Assembly (NCBI GenBank): GCA_036149055.1
Contig: JAYZQJ010000143.1
Span: 1-64,000, forward strand
From: Myxococcota bacterium
GTDB lineage: Bacteria > Myxococcota_A > Polyangia > Polyangiales > Sandaracinaceae
DNA length: 64,000 bases
Direction: 5' to 3'
Position numbers and translations under genes: made by a program. Under the pieces are notes generated by a model, which did not search any database, was not told where the DNA came from, and saw only the letters and a list, made by a program, of their open reading frames with translations. This document shows, piece by piece, positions 8,146 to 18,700 of the stretch (the first letter of the stretch is position 1; each line of letters opens with the position of its first letter).

Positions 8146-8937
8146 TCAGGCCTCGGGGGCCGGCGGGTCGAGCTCGGGCATGGGCTCGTCGAGATCGACG
8201 ACGGGCTCCTCCGGCTCGGTGGGCTCGGGCTCGCTCACGTCGCGGGCGCGGCGGCTCCGGGCGCGCTGCGCGTCGATCGGGGCCATCGCGGTGAGGAAGC
8301 GCTGGCGGCTCTCGGGGTCGTCGCGGTCGAGCTCGCCCACCATCAGGCGGCCGTACTCGGCGATGGCGAAGGACAGCTCGCCGAGCGCCTTGCGCAGGGC
8401 GGTGGTGTCCTGGGGCTCGGGGGCGTTGTCGTTCAGGCCGAGCGCGGTGCCGAAGGCCTCGTGCGCGGAGCGGATGAAGGGGAGGAAACCGACGCCGGCG
8501 ATGGCCTCGATCTCGGGCAGGAGGTTGCGCTCCTCGATGCGCTTGAGCGCGAGGTCGCTGCCGACCCACTGGTCGGGGTACGTGAAGCGGAGGAACTCAC
8601 CGTCGGCCGGGAAGACCTGGCTGAGGAGGGCCTCCGCGCGGTTGGCGCCGTCGGTGCCGAGCAGGCGGGCGTGCGACTTCAAGCAGTCGCGGAGGGCCAG
8701 CCAGCCGGTGTCGAGCATGACGTCGAGGCGGCGGATGTTGCTGGGGGAGGCGGTGGCGCGGCGGTCGATGCTGAGCCGGACCACCTCGGCGAGCTCCCGG
8801 ACCATGGCGAGCGCGGCGCGGAGCCGCGCCCCCAGGTCGGCCGGGGCCGCGTCCAGGAGGGCGCGGGCCACGAAGAGCGCGCGCATGGCGCTCAGCCGGG
8901 CGGGGGTGACGTACGGGGCGATGTCGATGGTCTGCAT
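8146..8937 (-). CDS. Hypothetical alpha-helical protein with an acidic Pro-rich tail
   Basis: 263-aa ORF with strong GC3 bias and an AGGAG RBS upstream. Confidence 0.8.
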   Translation of the reverse strand: MQTIDIAPYVTPARLSAMRALFVARALLDAAPADLGARLRAALAMVRELAEVVRLSIDRRATASPSNIRRLDVMLDTGWLALRDCLKSHARLLGTDGANRAEALLSQVFPADGEFLRFTYPDQWVGSDLALKRIEERNLLPEIEAIAGVGFLPFIRSAHEAFGTALGLNDNAPEPQDTTALRKALGELSFAIAEYGRLMVGELDRDDPESRQRFLTAMAPIDAQRARSRRARDVSEPEPTEPEEPVVDLDEPMPELDPPAPEA

Positions 8938-9347
8938 GGACGCTCCTGTGGCGACGGCGCCAGCTCGACCCTTCGCCGAGGTGTTCCACCGCGCTCGCGT
9001 CGCTTCATCGAGGCTTCGCCGACGAAGTTTCCGCGGCCGCGCAGAAAAATCGCTCTCGGGAGCCTTCGAAACGCGCCCGCCTCTGCAGAACGGTACTTTT
9101 CTTCCTGAAATCGAGGGCGCTCACGGAGATCGAGACACGCTCTCGACTGGCGTGGAGGCGCGCCCGGAAAACGTCGTGAGTTTGACATTTTGTCAGTTTT
9201 TCCGTCGCAGTTGAGAAGCCCTATCGATCTCCGGGCGCCCGCACGCGCAGAACGCCGTGGGTAACGATCTCCGGGCGCGCCCCTGCTCCAGACGTTGTCG
9301 AGAGCGTTTTTTCATGGCGCGCTCGTGCAGAACGCTGACGGAAGACC

Positions 9348-10094
9348 TCACCACTGCAGGCGCGCGGAGAGGGTGATCTGGGTGCTGTCCGGGAGACGGG
9401 GCTCGGCGCGGGTGGTCGCCGCGTGTCGCGCCTCGAGCATCGGGCCCATCGAGCCGCCCTCCACCGCGAAGGCGAGGCCGAGCCGGAGGGCGGCCTCGAG
9501 GCGCAGTCGCTCGCCGACGAAGCCGGTGCCGTAGCGGAGGTGGCCGAGGCCCTCCCACTCGGCGATGAGGCGCACGTCTCCGAGCGTCAGGCCGGCGCCG
9601 AAGCGGGCGCCGAGGGTGGGGCCGACGTTCAGGTGCGGGTCGGTCTGGCCGCCGAACGCGGCGTGCAGGCTGCCGCCGGCGAGCAGCTCCACCCAGATCG
9701 GCGCGTCCGGCGGGGTGAGCTGGACCATCGCCAGCCAGAGCGCGTCCACCTCGAAGTCGACCCCGGTGCACGCGGCGCGGGAGTGGGTCCGCCCTTCGAG
9801 GCCGAGCCACGGCGCCGCGCCGAGGTACGCGCCGGCGTTCGAGACGAAGAGCACGCTGTGCGGCGCGCTCTGGTAGCCCATGCCCAGCTGCCAGCCGCCC
9901 GCGCCCGGGCGGGATCGCGCGTCGGGCTGCAGCAAGGTCGGCGCGGCCAGGGCGCCCGCGGCGAGCGAGCCGAACACCAGCCCGATTCCGAGCGGGGCCT
10001 CGTGCCGTCCGCCGCACTCGGTCTCCGGCTGGAGCTGCGCGTGCGCGGGGGCGGCGAGGCCGAGGAGGGCGACGATGGAGAGGAGGCGAAGCAT
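9348..10094 (-). CDS. Secreted or outer-membrane beta-barrel-like hypothetical protein
   Basis: Signal peptide ending AHA-Q, amphipathic beta-strand pattern, C-terminal W. Confidence 0.65.
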   Translation of the reverse strand: MLRLLSIVALLGLAAPAHAQLQPETECGGRHEAPLGIGLVFGSLAAGALAAPTLLQPDARSRPGAGGWQLGMGYQSAPHSVLFVSNAGAYLGAAPWLGLEGRTHSRAACTGVDFEVDALWLAMVQLTPPDAPIWVELLAGGSLHAAFGGQTDPHLNVGPTLGARFGAGLTLGDVRLIAEWEGLGHLRYGTGFVGERLRLEAALRLGLAFAVEGGSMGPMLEARHAATTRAEPRLPDSTQITLSARLQW

Positions 10095-10350
10095 CGCCCC
10101 GCGCCTCTTCAGCCTCCGTGCCAGCAGCCCCCGCCGCCGCGCGTCGACCCGGGTGAGCGCTCCGCTTCACGGGGCGTGCAGCGAGCGCCGCGCGACATCG
10201 ATGTCACGCGGGGTGCGAGGCCATCGGGGAGATCGATGAAATGAATAGGATCGTCCCCGTCGGCGCGTGCCCGCGGTGATCGAGGGAGGGCGGCGTGACG
10301 GGAGGGCACGTCAGACGGAGCTTCTCGGGCACGGGGGGTGGGCAGGGCGT

Positions 10351-12075
10351 TCAGTCTCCGCAACCGGTCTCCCCCGTCTCCTCCACGCAGAGACAGCCGC
10401 CGCAGCCGTCGGCGATCATGCGCCAGGCGCCGTCGCAGCACTGGTAGCTCGCCGAGCAGGCGGTGTGGGCGTAGCGGCCGCCGAAGCTGTGGACGCAGCT
10501 GGCGCCCGCGGGGGGCGGGGGATCGGTGGGCGGGTCGCCGACCTCGATCTCGACGGTGCGGCCGAGGCTCTCGAGGCCCGCGCGATCGATGGCGCTGATC
10601 GCCCAGCGGCCGCGCCAGAGGGTGAAGGTCGCCGTCGCCGCCGGGACCAGGCGCTCGAGCTGCCAGGCGCCGTCCTGCTCGCGGTAAGCGGCGAAGTGGC
10701 GGAGGTCGTCCGGGCCGGTGACGGTCACGTCGGCGCCGTCGACGGTCACGAGGGGCGTGGGCACCGCGCCGGTCGCGTCGACCAGGGCCGGGGTGGCGGT
10801 CGGCCGGGCGTAGAATTCGTCGGCGAGCATCGAGGCGAAGCCCAGGCGGTCCTCGTCGAGCGGCTCGATGTGGTAATGAATGTTGCCCGCCGCGTCGGGC
10901 TCCGCCTGGGTGAGCGAGACCTGGGTGCGCAGCTCCTCGACGCTCCACTCCGCCGCGCTGCCGAGCTGCGCGGTGTAGTTGCCGATGAAGAGGGTGCGCC
11001 CGTGCTCGGCCGCCCGGTCGGCCCACCACGCGAGCAGGCGATCGTAGGCCTGGCCGCTGCGGGTGGTCGGCCAGTAGAGCTGCGGCGCGACGTAGTCGAG
11101 CCAGCCCTCCTGCATCCAGCGCATCGGGTCGGCGAAGAGCGCGTCGTAGGGATCGAGCCCCCGGATGCCCTCCGGCATGCCCGGCCGGTAGATGCCGAAC
11201 GGCGAAATGCCGAAGCGCACGTCGGGGCGCAGGCTCTCGACCAGCTCGTGCACCGCGCGCACCATCCGGTGCACGTTCTCCCGCCGCCAGTCGTCCCGCT
11301 CGAGCGCGCCGCCGCCCGAGCGGTAGGCGGCGTAGGTGGCGTCGTCGTCGAAGCTCCAGCCCGACTCGGGGTAGGGGTAGAAGTAGTCGTCGAAGTGGAT
11401 CCCGTCGACGTCGTAGCGCTCGAGCACGTCGCGGATCACCGTCAGGGTGTGGGCGAGCCCCTCGTCGCTGCCGGGGTCGATCCAGTGGTAGTTGCCGTAG
11501 CGGCGCACCATGCCCGGGCGCGCGTTCACCACGTGGCCCGCCGAGGCGACCGAGGTGTCGCTGGTGGTCAGCGCCCGGTAGGGGTTGAGCCAGGCGTGCA
11601 GCTCCAGCCCGCGCGCGTGGGCCGCCTCGATGGCGAAGGCGAGCGGGTCGTAGCCGGGGTCGGCGCCCTGGGTGCCGGTGAGGAAGCGGCTCCAGGGCTC
11701 GTGCGGCGAGTCGTAGAAGGCGTCCGACTCGGCGCGGATCTGGAGGAAGATGGCGTTGAGCCCCGACGCCCGCGCGGCGTCGAAGAGCCCCTCGAGCTCG
11801 GCGCGCTGGGCGGCGGCGCTCAGCCCGGTCCGGCTCGGCCAGTTGATGTTCCAGACGGTGGCGATCCAGGCGCCGCGGAGCTCGCGCGGGTGCCCGACGA
11901 CCGCGGTGTCGGCGGGCGGCGGCTGCGCGTCCGGTCCGGCGTCCGGGGCGCTCGCGTCGCGACCCGCGTCGGCGACCGGGCTCGCGTCGCGGTCGGGCGT
12001 TCCGGCGTCGGGCGCCGCAGGCTCACCGCAGCCCAGGAGCGCCGCGACGAACAACCAGGGGAGGGCTCTCGGCAC
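10351..12075 (-). CDS. GHL10/DUF187 (YddW-like) glycoside hydrolase lipoprotein
   Basis: RELRGAWIATVWNINWPS, HAWLNPYRA, YDVDGIHFDDYFYPY, FGISPFG and DYVAPQLYW. Lipobox LLGC follows a GTG at 12075. Cys-rich C-terminal domain. Confidence 0.9.
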   Translation of the reverse strand: MPRALPWLFVAALLGCGEPAAPDAGTPDRDASPVADAGRDASAPDAGPDAQPPPADTAVVGHPRELRGAWIATVWNINWPSRTGLSAAAQRAELEGLFDAARASGLNAIFLQIRAESDAFYDSPHEPWSRFLTGTQGADPGYDPLAFAIEAAHARGLELHAWLNPYRALTTSDTSVASAGHVVNARPGMVRRYGNYHWIDPGSDEGLAHTLTVIRDVLERYDVDGIHFDDYFYPYPESGWSFDDDATYAAYRSGGGALERDDWRRENVHRMVRAVHELVESLRPDVRFGISPFGIYRPGMPEGIRGLDPYDALFADPMRWMQEGWLDYVAPQLYWPTTRSGQAYDRLLAWWADRAAEHGRTLFIGNYTAQLGSAAEWSVEELRTQVSLTQAEPDAAGNIHYHIEPLDEDRLGFASMLADEFYARPTATPALVDATGAVPTPLVTVDGADVTVTGPDDLRHFAAYREQDGAWQLERLVPAATATFTLWRGRWAISAIDRAGLESLGRTVEIEVGDPPTDPPPPAGASCVHSFGGRYAHTACSASYQCCDGAWRMIADGCGGCLCVEETGETGCGD

Positions 12076-12313
12076 CGGCCGACGATAGCCCAACTGGGGG
12101 CGGCCGTCTGGATCGGTGCCGGATCGCGCAGCTTCGTGCCGATGCGCGCTTAGTTGTGCCACGTGAGAAAGCTCACGTAAAGCCCCGTTTCCGGCTTTAG
12201 CGACGCGCTCCCGTTGAGCGGGGGGCCGGCGCCGGTCTTGTAGGGACAAGCCCTCCAGGTGGCACACCTACGAGGGACTTGAGGTATTCCGCCGTTCTCC
12301 GATCATCGCATTC

Positions 12314-15300
12314 ATGTTGGAATTGCCCTCGCTTCGCTCAGGCCTGTCAGCCGCTGTCCTGCTCCTCTCGACCACACTGGCGGCGCCCCTGGCCGCCCAG
12401 GACATGGACGGCGACGGCGTCCCCGACAGCCGGGACGTCTGCCCCACCACCAGCATGGGCCTGATGGTCGACGGCGCGGGCTGCGACGCGTTCTGCGAGG
12501 TCGTCGACGACACGACCGACGTCTACCTCCGCTCCCGGCTGCTCGAGGTCGGGACCGCGGCCGGCGCCTCGTTCGGCTCCTCGGGCAGCCCGCCGGCCGG
12601 CTGGCACCCGCGGTCGTCGACCACCGGCGGCACCCAGCTCGGCTTCGTCGCCGACCCGGACCGCACCGACTGGATGATGTACCACGGCGACTTCTTCGTG
12701 CCGGGCACCCCCGAAGAGGGCTTCGGGATGTCCATCGCCGGCGTGAACTACTTCAACAGCACGCTGCGGGGCGCCAACGGCATCCCCGGCTCGTTCACCG
12801 GGACGCGCGTCGAGTGTCGGCCCCTGGTCTGCGGGCAGCGCGGCGGCGGCGCGGTGTTCTGGTCGGGCACCCGGGCCGGCGTGGACGTGGACCACACCTA
12901 CTCGGTGCTCAACGAGGGCCTCTTCATCCTCGTGGAGGTCACGCTCACCAACAACAACCTCCTGCCCGCCACGGTGACCTACTTCCGGAACGTCGACCCG
13001 GACAACATGCAGACGATCACGGGCAGCTTCGACACGACCAACACGATCGTCAGCCAGGGCGACGGCACCGCGAGCTCGGTCGCGCACGTCTCCGCCACCA
13101 CCACCGGCCCCGACTCCTACCTCGCGCTCATCTCGAACGACCCCGACGCGCGCGTCAGCACCGGCGGCTTCACCAACCGCGACGGCGACGACATCTGGGA
13201 CTGCACCGGGCCCGGCTTCCTCTGCACCCCCGGCGCCAGCCGCACCGACGACGAGGCGATCAGCCTCGCGGTGCGCAAGACCATCGCGCCCGGCGACTCG
13301 GTCACCTTCTTCTACGCCTACACCCTCGACGCGGTCGAGGTCGCGACCGCCGCCGCCTGCACCACCCCCGCGGTCTGCGGCGACTCGGTCGTCGAGGGCA
13401 CCGAGAGCTGCGACGACGGCAACACCATGCCCGGCGACGGCTGCGACGCGACCTGCGCGATCGAGCCCGGCTACGACTGCATGGGCGCGCCCTCGATGTG
13501 CGCCCCGATCTGCGGCGACGGCATGGTCCTCATGGGCGAGGGCTGCGACGACGGCAACACGATGGCCGGCGACGGCTGCAGCCCCGGCTGCACGGTGGAG
13601 CCCGGCTACGCCTGCATGGGCATGCCCTCGAGCTGCTCGGAGGTCTGCGGCGACGGCGTGGTCACCGCGGGCGAGGCCTGCGACGACGGCAACGTGATCC
13701 CCGGAGACGGCTGCGGCATGGGCTGCACCGTGGAGCCGGGCTACGCCTGCATGGGCTCGCCCTCGAGCTGCTCGGAGGTCTGCGGCGACGGCGTGGTCAC
13801 CGCGGGCGAGGGCTGCGACGACGGGAACGCGATGGCCGGTGACGGCTGCAGCGCCGCCTGCGCGGTCGAGCCGGGCTTCGTCTGCACCGGCGCGCCCTCG
13901 AGCTGCGCGCGCTGCTTCGACAGCATGAGCGGCATGGGCACCGACCTCGGCTGCACCATGGGCGCGCCCTACTGCGTGGGCAGCGGCACGAGCGCCTTCT
14001 GCGCCGCCTGCGAGGACGACACCAGCGGCGGCACCGACCTCGGCTGCACCGCGGCCGCGCCGGTCTGCGACACCTCGGGCGCGCCGATGCACGTCTGCGT
14101 GAGCTGCGAGGACACCGCGAGCGGCGCCGGCGTGGACAACGGCTGCTCGGCCGCCACCCCGGTCTGCGGCGCGACGATGGGCGGCGCGCCCGCCTGCTTC
14201 GAGTGCGCGATCGACGACCACTGCGGCGTCGGCACCGTCTGTGACCCGAGCGGCTCCTGCGTGCCCGGCTGCACCGACGACGCCGACTGCGCGGCGACCC
14301 CGGCCACCCCGGTCTGCGACGTCTCCACCCGCATGTGCGCCGAGTGCCTCACCGCGGCCGAGTGCCGGGGGACCGAGGTCTGCGGGCCGATGAACACCTG
14401 CCAGTCGAGCGACACCGACGGCGACCTCGTGCCCGACGCGGACGACGACGACGACGACAACGACGGCATCCCGGACGCGGAGGAGATCGACCCGGCGCTC
14501 CTCGGGGACAGCGACGACGACGGCATCCTCGACTACGAGGACGCGTCGATCGTGAGCTGCACCGACGCGGGCGGCGACGGCGTCTGCGACGAGCTGCCGA
14601 TGAACATCGACTTCGACGGCGACGGGGTGGCGAACCACCTCGACCTCGACGCCGACGGAGACGGGATCGCGGATCTCGTCGAGGGCGGCGGCGTGGACGC
14701 CGACGGCGACGGACGGGCGGACGCCTTCGTCGACGCGGACGGCGACGGCCTGCACGACCCCTACTTCGCGGCCCCGCTCCCCCTGCCGAGCTCGGACGGC
14801 GACGCGAGCCCCGACTTCCTCGACCGCGACGCGGACGGCGACGGGCTCACCGACACCTTCGAGGCGGGCGGCACCGACGCGGACGGCGACGGGGTGCCCG
14901 ACGGCGCGACCGACTCGGACGGCGACGGCCTCGCCGACTCGCTCACCGGCGGCGGCGCGCTGCCCACCCCGGACACCGACGGGGACATGACCCCCGACTA
15001 CCAGGACCCCGACGCGGACGGCGACGGCATCCCCGACGCGATCGAGGGCACCGACGCGGACGGCGACGGCGCGGCGGACATCACCCCGGTCTCCGTCGAC
15101 ACCGACGGCGACGGCCTCGACGACGCCTTCGACCCCGGCTGCGCGGCGGCCGGCGACTGTGGCGGCGTGATCGGCATGAGGGCCACCACCCCGAACCGCG
15201 ACGGTGACGGCCCGGCCGACTGGCGCGACGTCGACAGCGACGGCGACGGGATCACCGACGGCGTCGAGTGCCCGATGCCGGCGCGCTGCGCCGACTCCGA

Positions 15301-16804
15301 CATGGACGGCACCCCCGACTACCTCTCGACCGACGCGGACGGCGACGGCATCGAGGACGCGATCGAGGGCCACGACGCCGACTTCGACGGCGTCGCCGAC
15401 GTGACCCCGAGCGGCGTCGACACCGACGGCGACGGCCTCGACGACGCGTTCGACGCGGACTGCGCGGACGCGGCGGCCTGCGGCGGCGTGATCGGCGTGG
15501 TCGCGCCGGTGCCCGACCTCGACACCGACGGCCGGCCCAACTTCCAGGATCCGGACGACGACGGCGACGGAATGGACACCGCCACCGAGCGTCAGGACGC
15601 GATGGACTACACCGGCCCGGCCGCCGACCCGACCGACGTCGACGAGGACGGCCTGCCGAACTGGTACGACGACAACTCCGACGGCGACATCGCGAGCGAC
15701 CGCACCGAGAGCGGCGGTGACCGCGACGAGGACGACAACGGGATCCTGGACTACCTCGACCCCGACTTCGCCCCGGCCGACACCGACATGGACGGCGTCA
15801 TCGACACCGTCGAGTGCCCGCCCCCGGCCCGGCCCGACGCCGGTGACTGCCCGGACAGCGACGGCGACGGCATGCCCGACTACGACGACACCGACGACGA
15901 CGGCGACGGCATCCCCACCGCCGACGAGGAGACGGGCGGGCCCGACTCCGACGGTGACGGCGTCCCGAACCGCCTCGACCTCGACTCCGACGACGACGGC
16001 ATCGCCGACAGCGTCGAGGGCGGCGGGGACACCGACGGCGACGGCCGCGCCGACGCCTACGACCTCGACGCGGACGGCGACGGGCTGCTCGACGTCATCG
16101 AGGGCGGCGGCGCCAGCTTCGACGCGGACGGCGACGGTCGCGTCGACGACGGGACCGACGCGGACATGAACGGCTTCGCCGACGTGGTCGACGGCGGCGC
16201 GGGCGGCATGACGCTGCCGGTGCCGGACACCGACGGCGACGGCGCCCCGGACTTCCAGGACACCGACTCGGACGGCGACGGCGCGCCCGACGCGACCGAG
16301 GCGCACGACCAGAACGGCGACGGCCAGCCCGACGTCACCCCGAGCGGGACCGACGCCAACGGCGACGGCCTCGACGACGCGTACGACCCGACGATGGGCG
16401 GCACCGCGGCGACCCAGCCCGACACCGACGGCGACGGCACCCCGGACGTGCGGGACGTCGACGACGACGGCGACGGAATTCACACCCGCTTCGAGGGGCC
16501 GCCCACGCAGGACACCGACGAGGACGGCACCCCGGACTACCTCGACCCCGACGACGACGGCGACGACGTCCCGACGGCCGAGGAGAACGGCGACCCGAAC
16601 GGCGACGGCGACCCGAGCGACGCGCAGGACGGCGACGGCGACGGCATCCCGGACTACCTCGACCCCGTGGACGACGGCACGCCGACCGGCGGCGGCGTCT
16701 CCGGCGGCGCGCTGTGCGCGGCCACCCCGGGTCGCGGCGACCTCCCCCTGGTCCTCCTCCTCGCCGCGGCGATGGTGGGCCTCCTCGCGAGGCGTCGCCG
16801 CTAG
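12314..16804 (+). CDS. Large cell-surface adhesin-like protein (Cys-rich repeats, TSP3-like Asp-rich repeats, MYXO-CTERM), TraA-like architecture
   Basis: Signal peptide; unique N-terminal domain; 4x CGD..CDDGN..GDGC repeats; C-x-x-C repeats; many DxDGDG motifs; VSGGALCA + TM + RRRR. Confidence 0.85.
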   Translation: MLELPSLRSGLSAAVLLLSTTLAAPLAAQDMDGDGVPDSRDVCPTTSMGLMVDGAGCDAFCEVVDDTTDVYLRSRLLEVGTAAGASFGSSGSPPAGWHPRSSTTGGTQLGFVADPDRTDWMMYHGDFFVPGTPEEGFGMSIAGVNYFNSTLRGANGIPGSFTGTRVECRPLVCGQRGGGAVFWSGTRAGVDVDHTYSVLNEGLFILVEVTLTNNNLLPATVTYFRNVDPDNMQTITGSFDTTNTIVSQGDGTASSVAHVSATTTGPDSYLALISNDPDARVSTGGFTNRDGDDIWDCTGPGFLCTPGASRTDDEAISLAVRKTIAPGDSVTFFYAYTLDAVEVATAAACTTPAVCGDSVVEGTESCDDGNTMPGDGCDATCAIEPGYDCMGAPSMCAPICGDGMVLMGEGCDDGNTMAGDGCSPGCTVEPGYACMGMPSSCSEVCGDGVVTAGEACDDGNVIPGDGCGMGCTVEPGYACMGSPSSCSEVCGDGVVTAGEGCDDGNAMAGDGCSAACAVEPGFVCTGAPSSCARCFDSMSGMGTDLGCTMGAPYCVGSGTSAFCAACEDDTSGGTDLGCTAAAPVCDTSGAPMHVCVSCEDTASGAGVDNGCSAATPVCGATMGGAPACFECAIDDHCGVGTVCDPSGSCVPGCTDDADCAATPATPVCDVSTRMCAECLTAAECRGTEVCGPMNTCQSSDTDGDLVPDADDDDDDNDGIPDAEEIDPALLGDSDDDGILDYEDASIVSCTDAGGDGVCDELPMNIDFDGDGVANHLDLDADGDGIADLVEGGGVDADGDGRADAFVDADGDGLHDPYFAAPLPLPSSDGDASPDFLDRDADGDGLTDTFEAGGTDADGDGVPDGATDSDGDGLADSLTGGGALPTPDTDGDMTPDYQDPDADGDGIPDAIEGTDADGDGAADITPVSVDTDGDGLDDAFDPGCAAAGDCGGVIGMRATTPNRDGDGPADWRDVDSDGDGITDGVECPMPARCADSDMDGTPDYLSTDADGDGIEDAIEGHDADFDGVADVTPSGVDTDGDGLDDAFDADCADAAACGGVIGVVAPVPDLDTDGRPNFQDPDDDGDGMDTATERQDAMDYTGPAADPTDVDEDGLPNWYDDNSDGDIASDRTESGGDRDEDDNGILDYLDPDFAPADTDMDGVIDTVECPPPARPDAGDCPDSDGDGMPDYDDTDDDGDGIPTADEETGGPDSDGDGVPNRLDLDSDDDGIADSVEGGGDTDGDGRADAYDLDADGDGLLDVIEGGGASFDADGDGRVDDGTDADMNGFADVVDGGAGGMTLPVPDTDGDGAPDFQDTDSDGDGAPDATEAHDQNGDGQPDVTPSGTDANGDGLDDAYDPTMGGTAATQPDTDGDGTPDVRDVDDDGDGIHTRFEGPPTQDTDEDGTPDYLDPDDDGDDVPTAEENGDPNGDGDPSDAQDGDGDGIPDYLDPVDDGTPTGGGVSGGALCAATPGRGDLPLVLLLAAAMVGLLARRRR

Positions 16805-16849
16805 GCCGCGCCCCCCTCATCGACTCGAGAAGACCAGAGGACTCTCCCG

Positions 16850-18700
16850 ATGAATACGCTTCGTACGGTTACTTTCCTTGCGCTGCTCGTGACGCTCGTC
16901 GCTCCGCAGGCGGCGAGCGCGCAGTCCGGCACCCTCAACCGCTTCCGCCCGTCCGAGACGACGGAGGACGACTTCCACCTCAGCCGGCCCGGTGACTTCG
17001 GCCACGTCCGGCTCAGCGCGCAGCTGCACGTGGACTACGGGCTCAACCCGCTGGTCTGGGAGTCGATGCGCGGCAGCAGCGACTCCGAGGCCTTCTCGCT
17101 CGTGGAGCACCAGCTCACCGGCACCCTCGGGCTCGGCTTCGGGCTCTTCGACCGCCTGGTGATCTACGCCGGGCTGCCGATCACGCTCGTGATGGACGGC
17201 GAGACCGGCGCGGAGGCCATGATGACCGGCGTGCCGCTCGCGGACGGCGCCGGGCTCGGCGACGCCTACCTGGGCGCGCGGGTCCGGCTCTTCGGCGACG
17301 ACGACGACGTCGGCACGCTCGGCGCGCAGGTCACCGCGACGTTCCCGACCTCGATCGACGGCAACTACCGCGGCGAGCCCTTCCTGACGGCCCACCCCGA
17401 GCTGCTCGGGGAGCTCCGCCCGGTCGACGGCCTGCGCATCGTGCTCAACGTCGGCGCGCTGCTGCGCGAGGAGACGAGCGCGACCACCAACCTCCAGTTC
17501 CGCCACGAGCTCACCTACGGCCTCGGCCTGGGCTACGCGGTCTGGCGGGACGAGGCGGCGCCCCGCACCCACCTCGACCTCACCGCGCAGATCTACGGCG
17601 CGTCGGCCTTCGCCCTCTTCGGCGAGCGCGACGGCACCGCCCTCGAGGCGACCGCGGGCGCGAAGTTCTTCCACGAGAGCGGCGTCGTGGCGGGCCTCGC
17701 GGCCGGCCCCGGCCTCGCGCGCGGCTTCGGCAGCCCGGACCTCCGGGTGATCGCCACCGTCGGCTGGGCGATGCCCGAGCCGGAGGACGCGGTCGACGGC
17801 GACCGCGACGGCGACGGAATCCGCGACTCGGTCGACGAGTGCGACGACCAGCCCGAGGACGTCGACGGCTTCCAGGACGAGGACGGCTGCCCCGACGCGG
17901 ACAACGACGGCGACGGCATCCTCGACGAGGCGGACCAGTGCCCGATGGAGCCGGAGACGGTCAACCAGGTCGACGACGCGGACGGCTGCCCCGACGAGGT
18001 CGGTGACCGCGACGGCGACGGCATCGACGACACCGCCGACCAGTGCCCCGACGATCCGGAGGACGCGGACGGGCACGAGGACGAGGACGGCTGCCCCGAC
18101 CCCGACAACGACGACGACGGCGTGCTCGACGGCGTGGACGAGTGCGTCAACGAGCCGGGCGTGGTCGAGAACCGCGGCTGCCCGGACACCGACCGCGACG
18201 GCGACACGGTGGTCGACCGCCGCGACAACTGCCCCGACGAGCCCGGCACGGTCGAGAACCAGGGCTGCGCCGAGCGCCAGCAGGTGGTCATCGAGGAGGG
18301 GCGGCTCGAGATCCTCGACCACGTCTACTTCCGCACCAACCGCGCGGCCATCCAGCGCCGGAGCTACGCGCTCCTGCTCAACGTGGCCCGCGTCATCAAC
18401 GCCCACCCCGAGATCACCATGATCCACGTGGAGGGTCACACCGACAGCCGCGGCCGCCGCGAGCGCAACATGGAGCTCAGCCAGCAGCGCGCCGAGGCGG
18501 TGGTGGAGTTCCTGGTCGAGCGCGGCGACGTGGACCCGAGCCGCCTCGAGGCGCACGGCTACGGCCCGGACCGCCCGGTGGTCGAGAACGCGAGCTCGCG
18601 CGCGGAGCACGCCCAGAACCGCCGCGTCGAGTTCAACATCCCCGGCAGCGACATCGAGCGTCGCGACAGCGGCCCGGGCGCCGACACGATCGACCGCTGA
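16850..18700 (+). CDS. OmpA-family outer-membrane protein with N-terminal beta-barrel and TSP3 repeats, TraB-like architecture
   Basis: Signal peptide, barrel-like region, DRDGDG..DGCPD repeats, VEGHTD, LSQQRAEAV and NRRVEF. Confidence 0.92.
   Translation: MNTLRTVTFLALLVTLVAPQAASAQSGTLNRFRPSETTEDDFHLSRPGDFGHVRLSAQLHVDYGLNPLVWESMRGSSDSEAFSLVEHQLTGTLGLGFGLFDRLVIYAGLPITLVMDGETGAEAMMTGVPLADGAGLGDAYLGARVRLFGDDDDVGTLGAQVTATFPTSIDGNYRGEPFLTAHPELLGELRPVDGLRIVLNVGALLREETSATTNLQFRHELTYGLGLGYAVWRDEAAPRTHLDLTAQIYGASAFALFGERDGTALEATAGAKFFHESGVVAGLAAGPGLARGFGSPDLRVIATVGWAMPEPEDAVDGDRDGDGIRDSVDECDDQPEDVDGFQDEDGCPDADNDGDGILDEADQCPMEPETVNQVDDADGCPDEVGDRDGDGIDDTADQCPDDPEDADGHEDEDGCPDPDNDDDGVLDGVDECVNEPGVVENRGCPDTDRDGDTVVDRRDNCPDEPGTVENQGCAERQQVVIEEGRLEILDHVYFRTNRAAIQRRSYALLLNVARVINAHPEITMIHVEGHTDSRGRRERNMELSQQRAEAVVEFLVERGDVDPSRLEAHGYGPDRPVVENASSRAEHAQNRRVEFNIPGSDIERRDSGPGADTIDR

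Noticed and set aside
12150..12275. Sigma-54 promoters at the TGGCAC sites
   Set aside because: Neither strand has TTGC at the correct -12 spacing.
12347..16483. 1378-aa antisense ORF and the many other long Arg/Pro/Gly-rich ORFs
   Set aside because: These are shadow frames of real high-GC genes and have no recognisable motifs.
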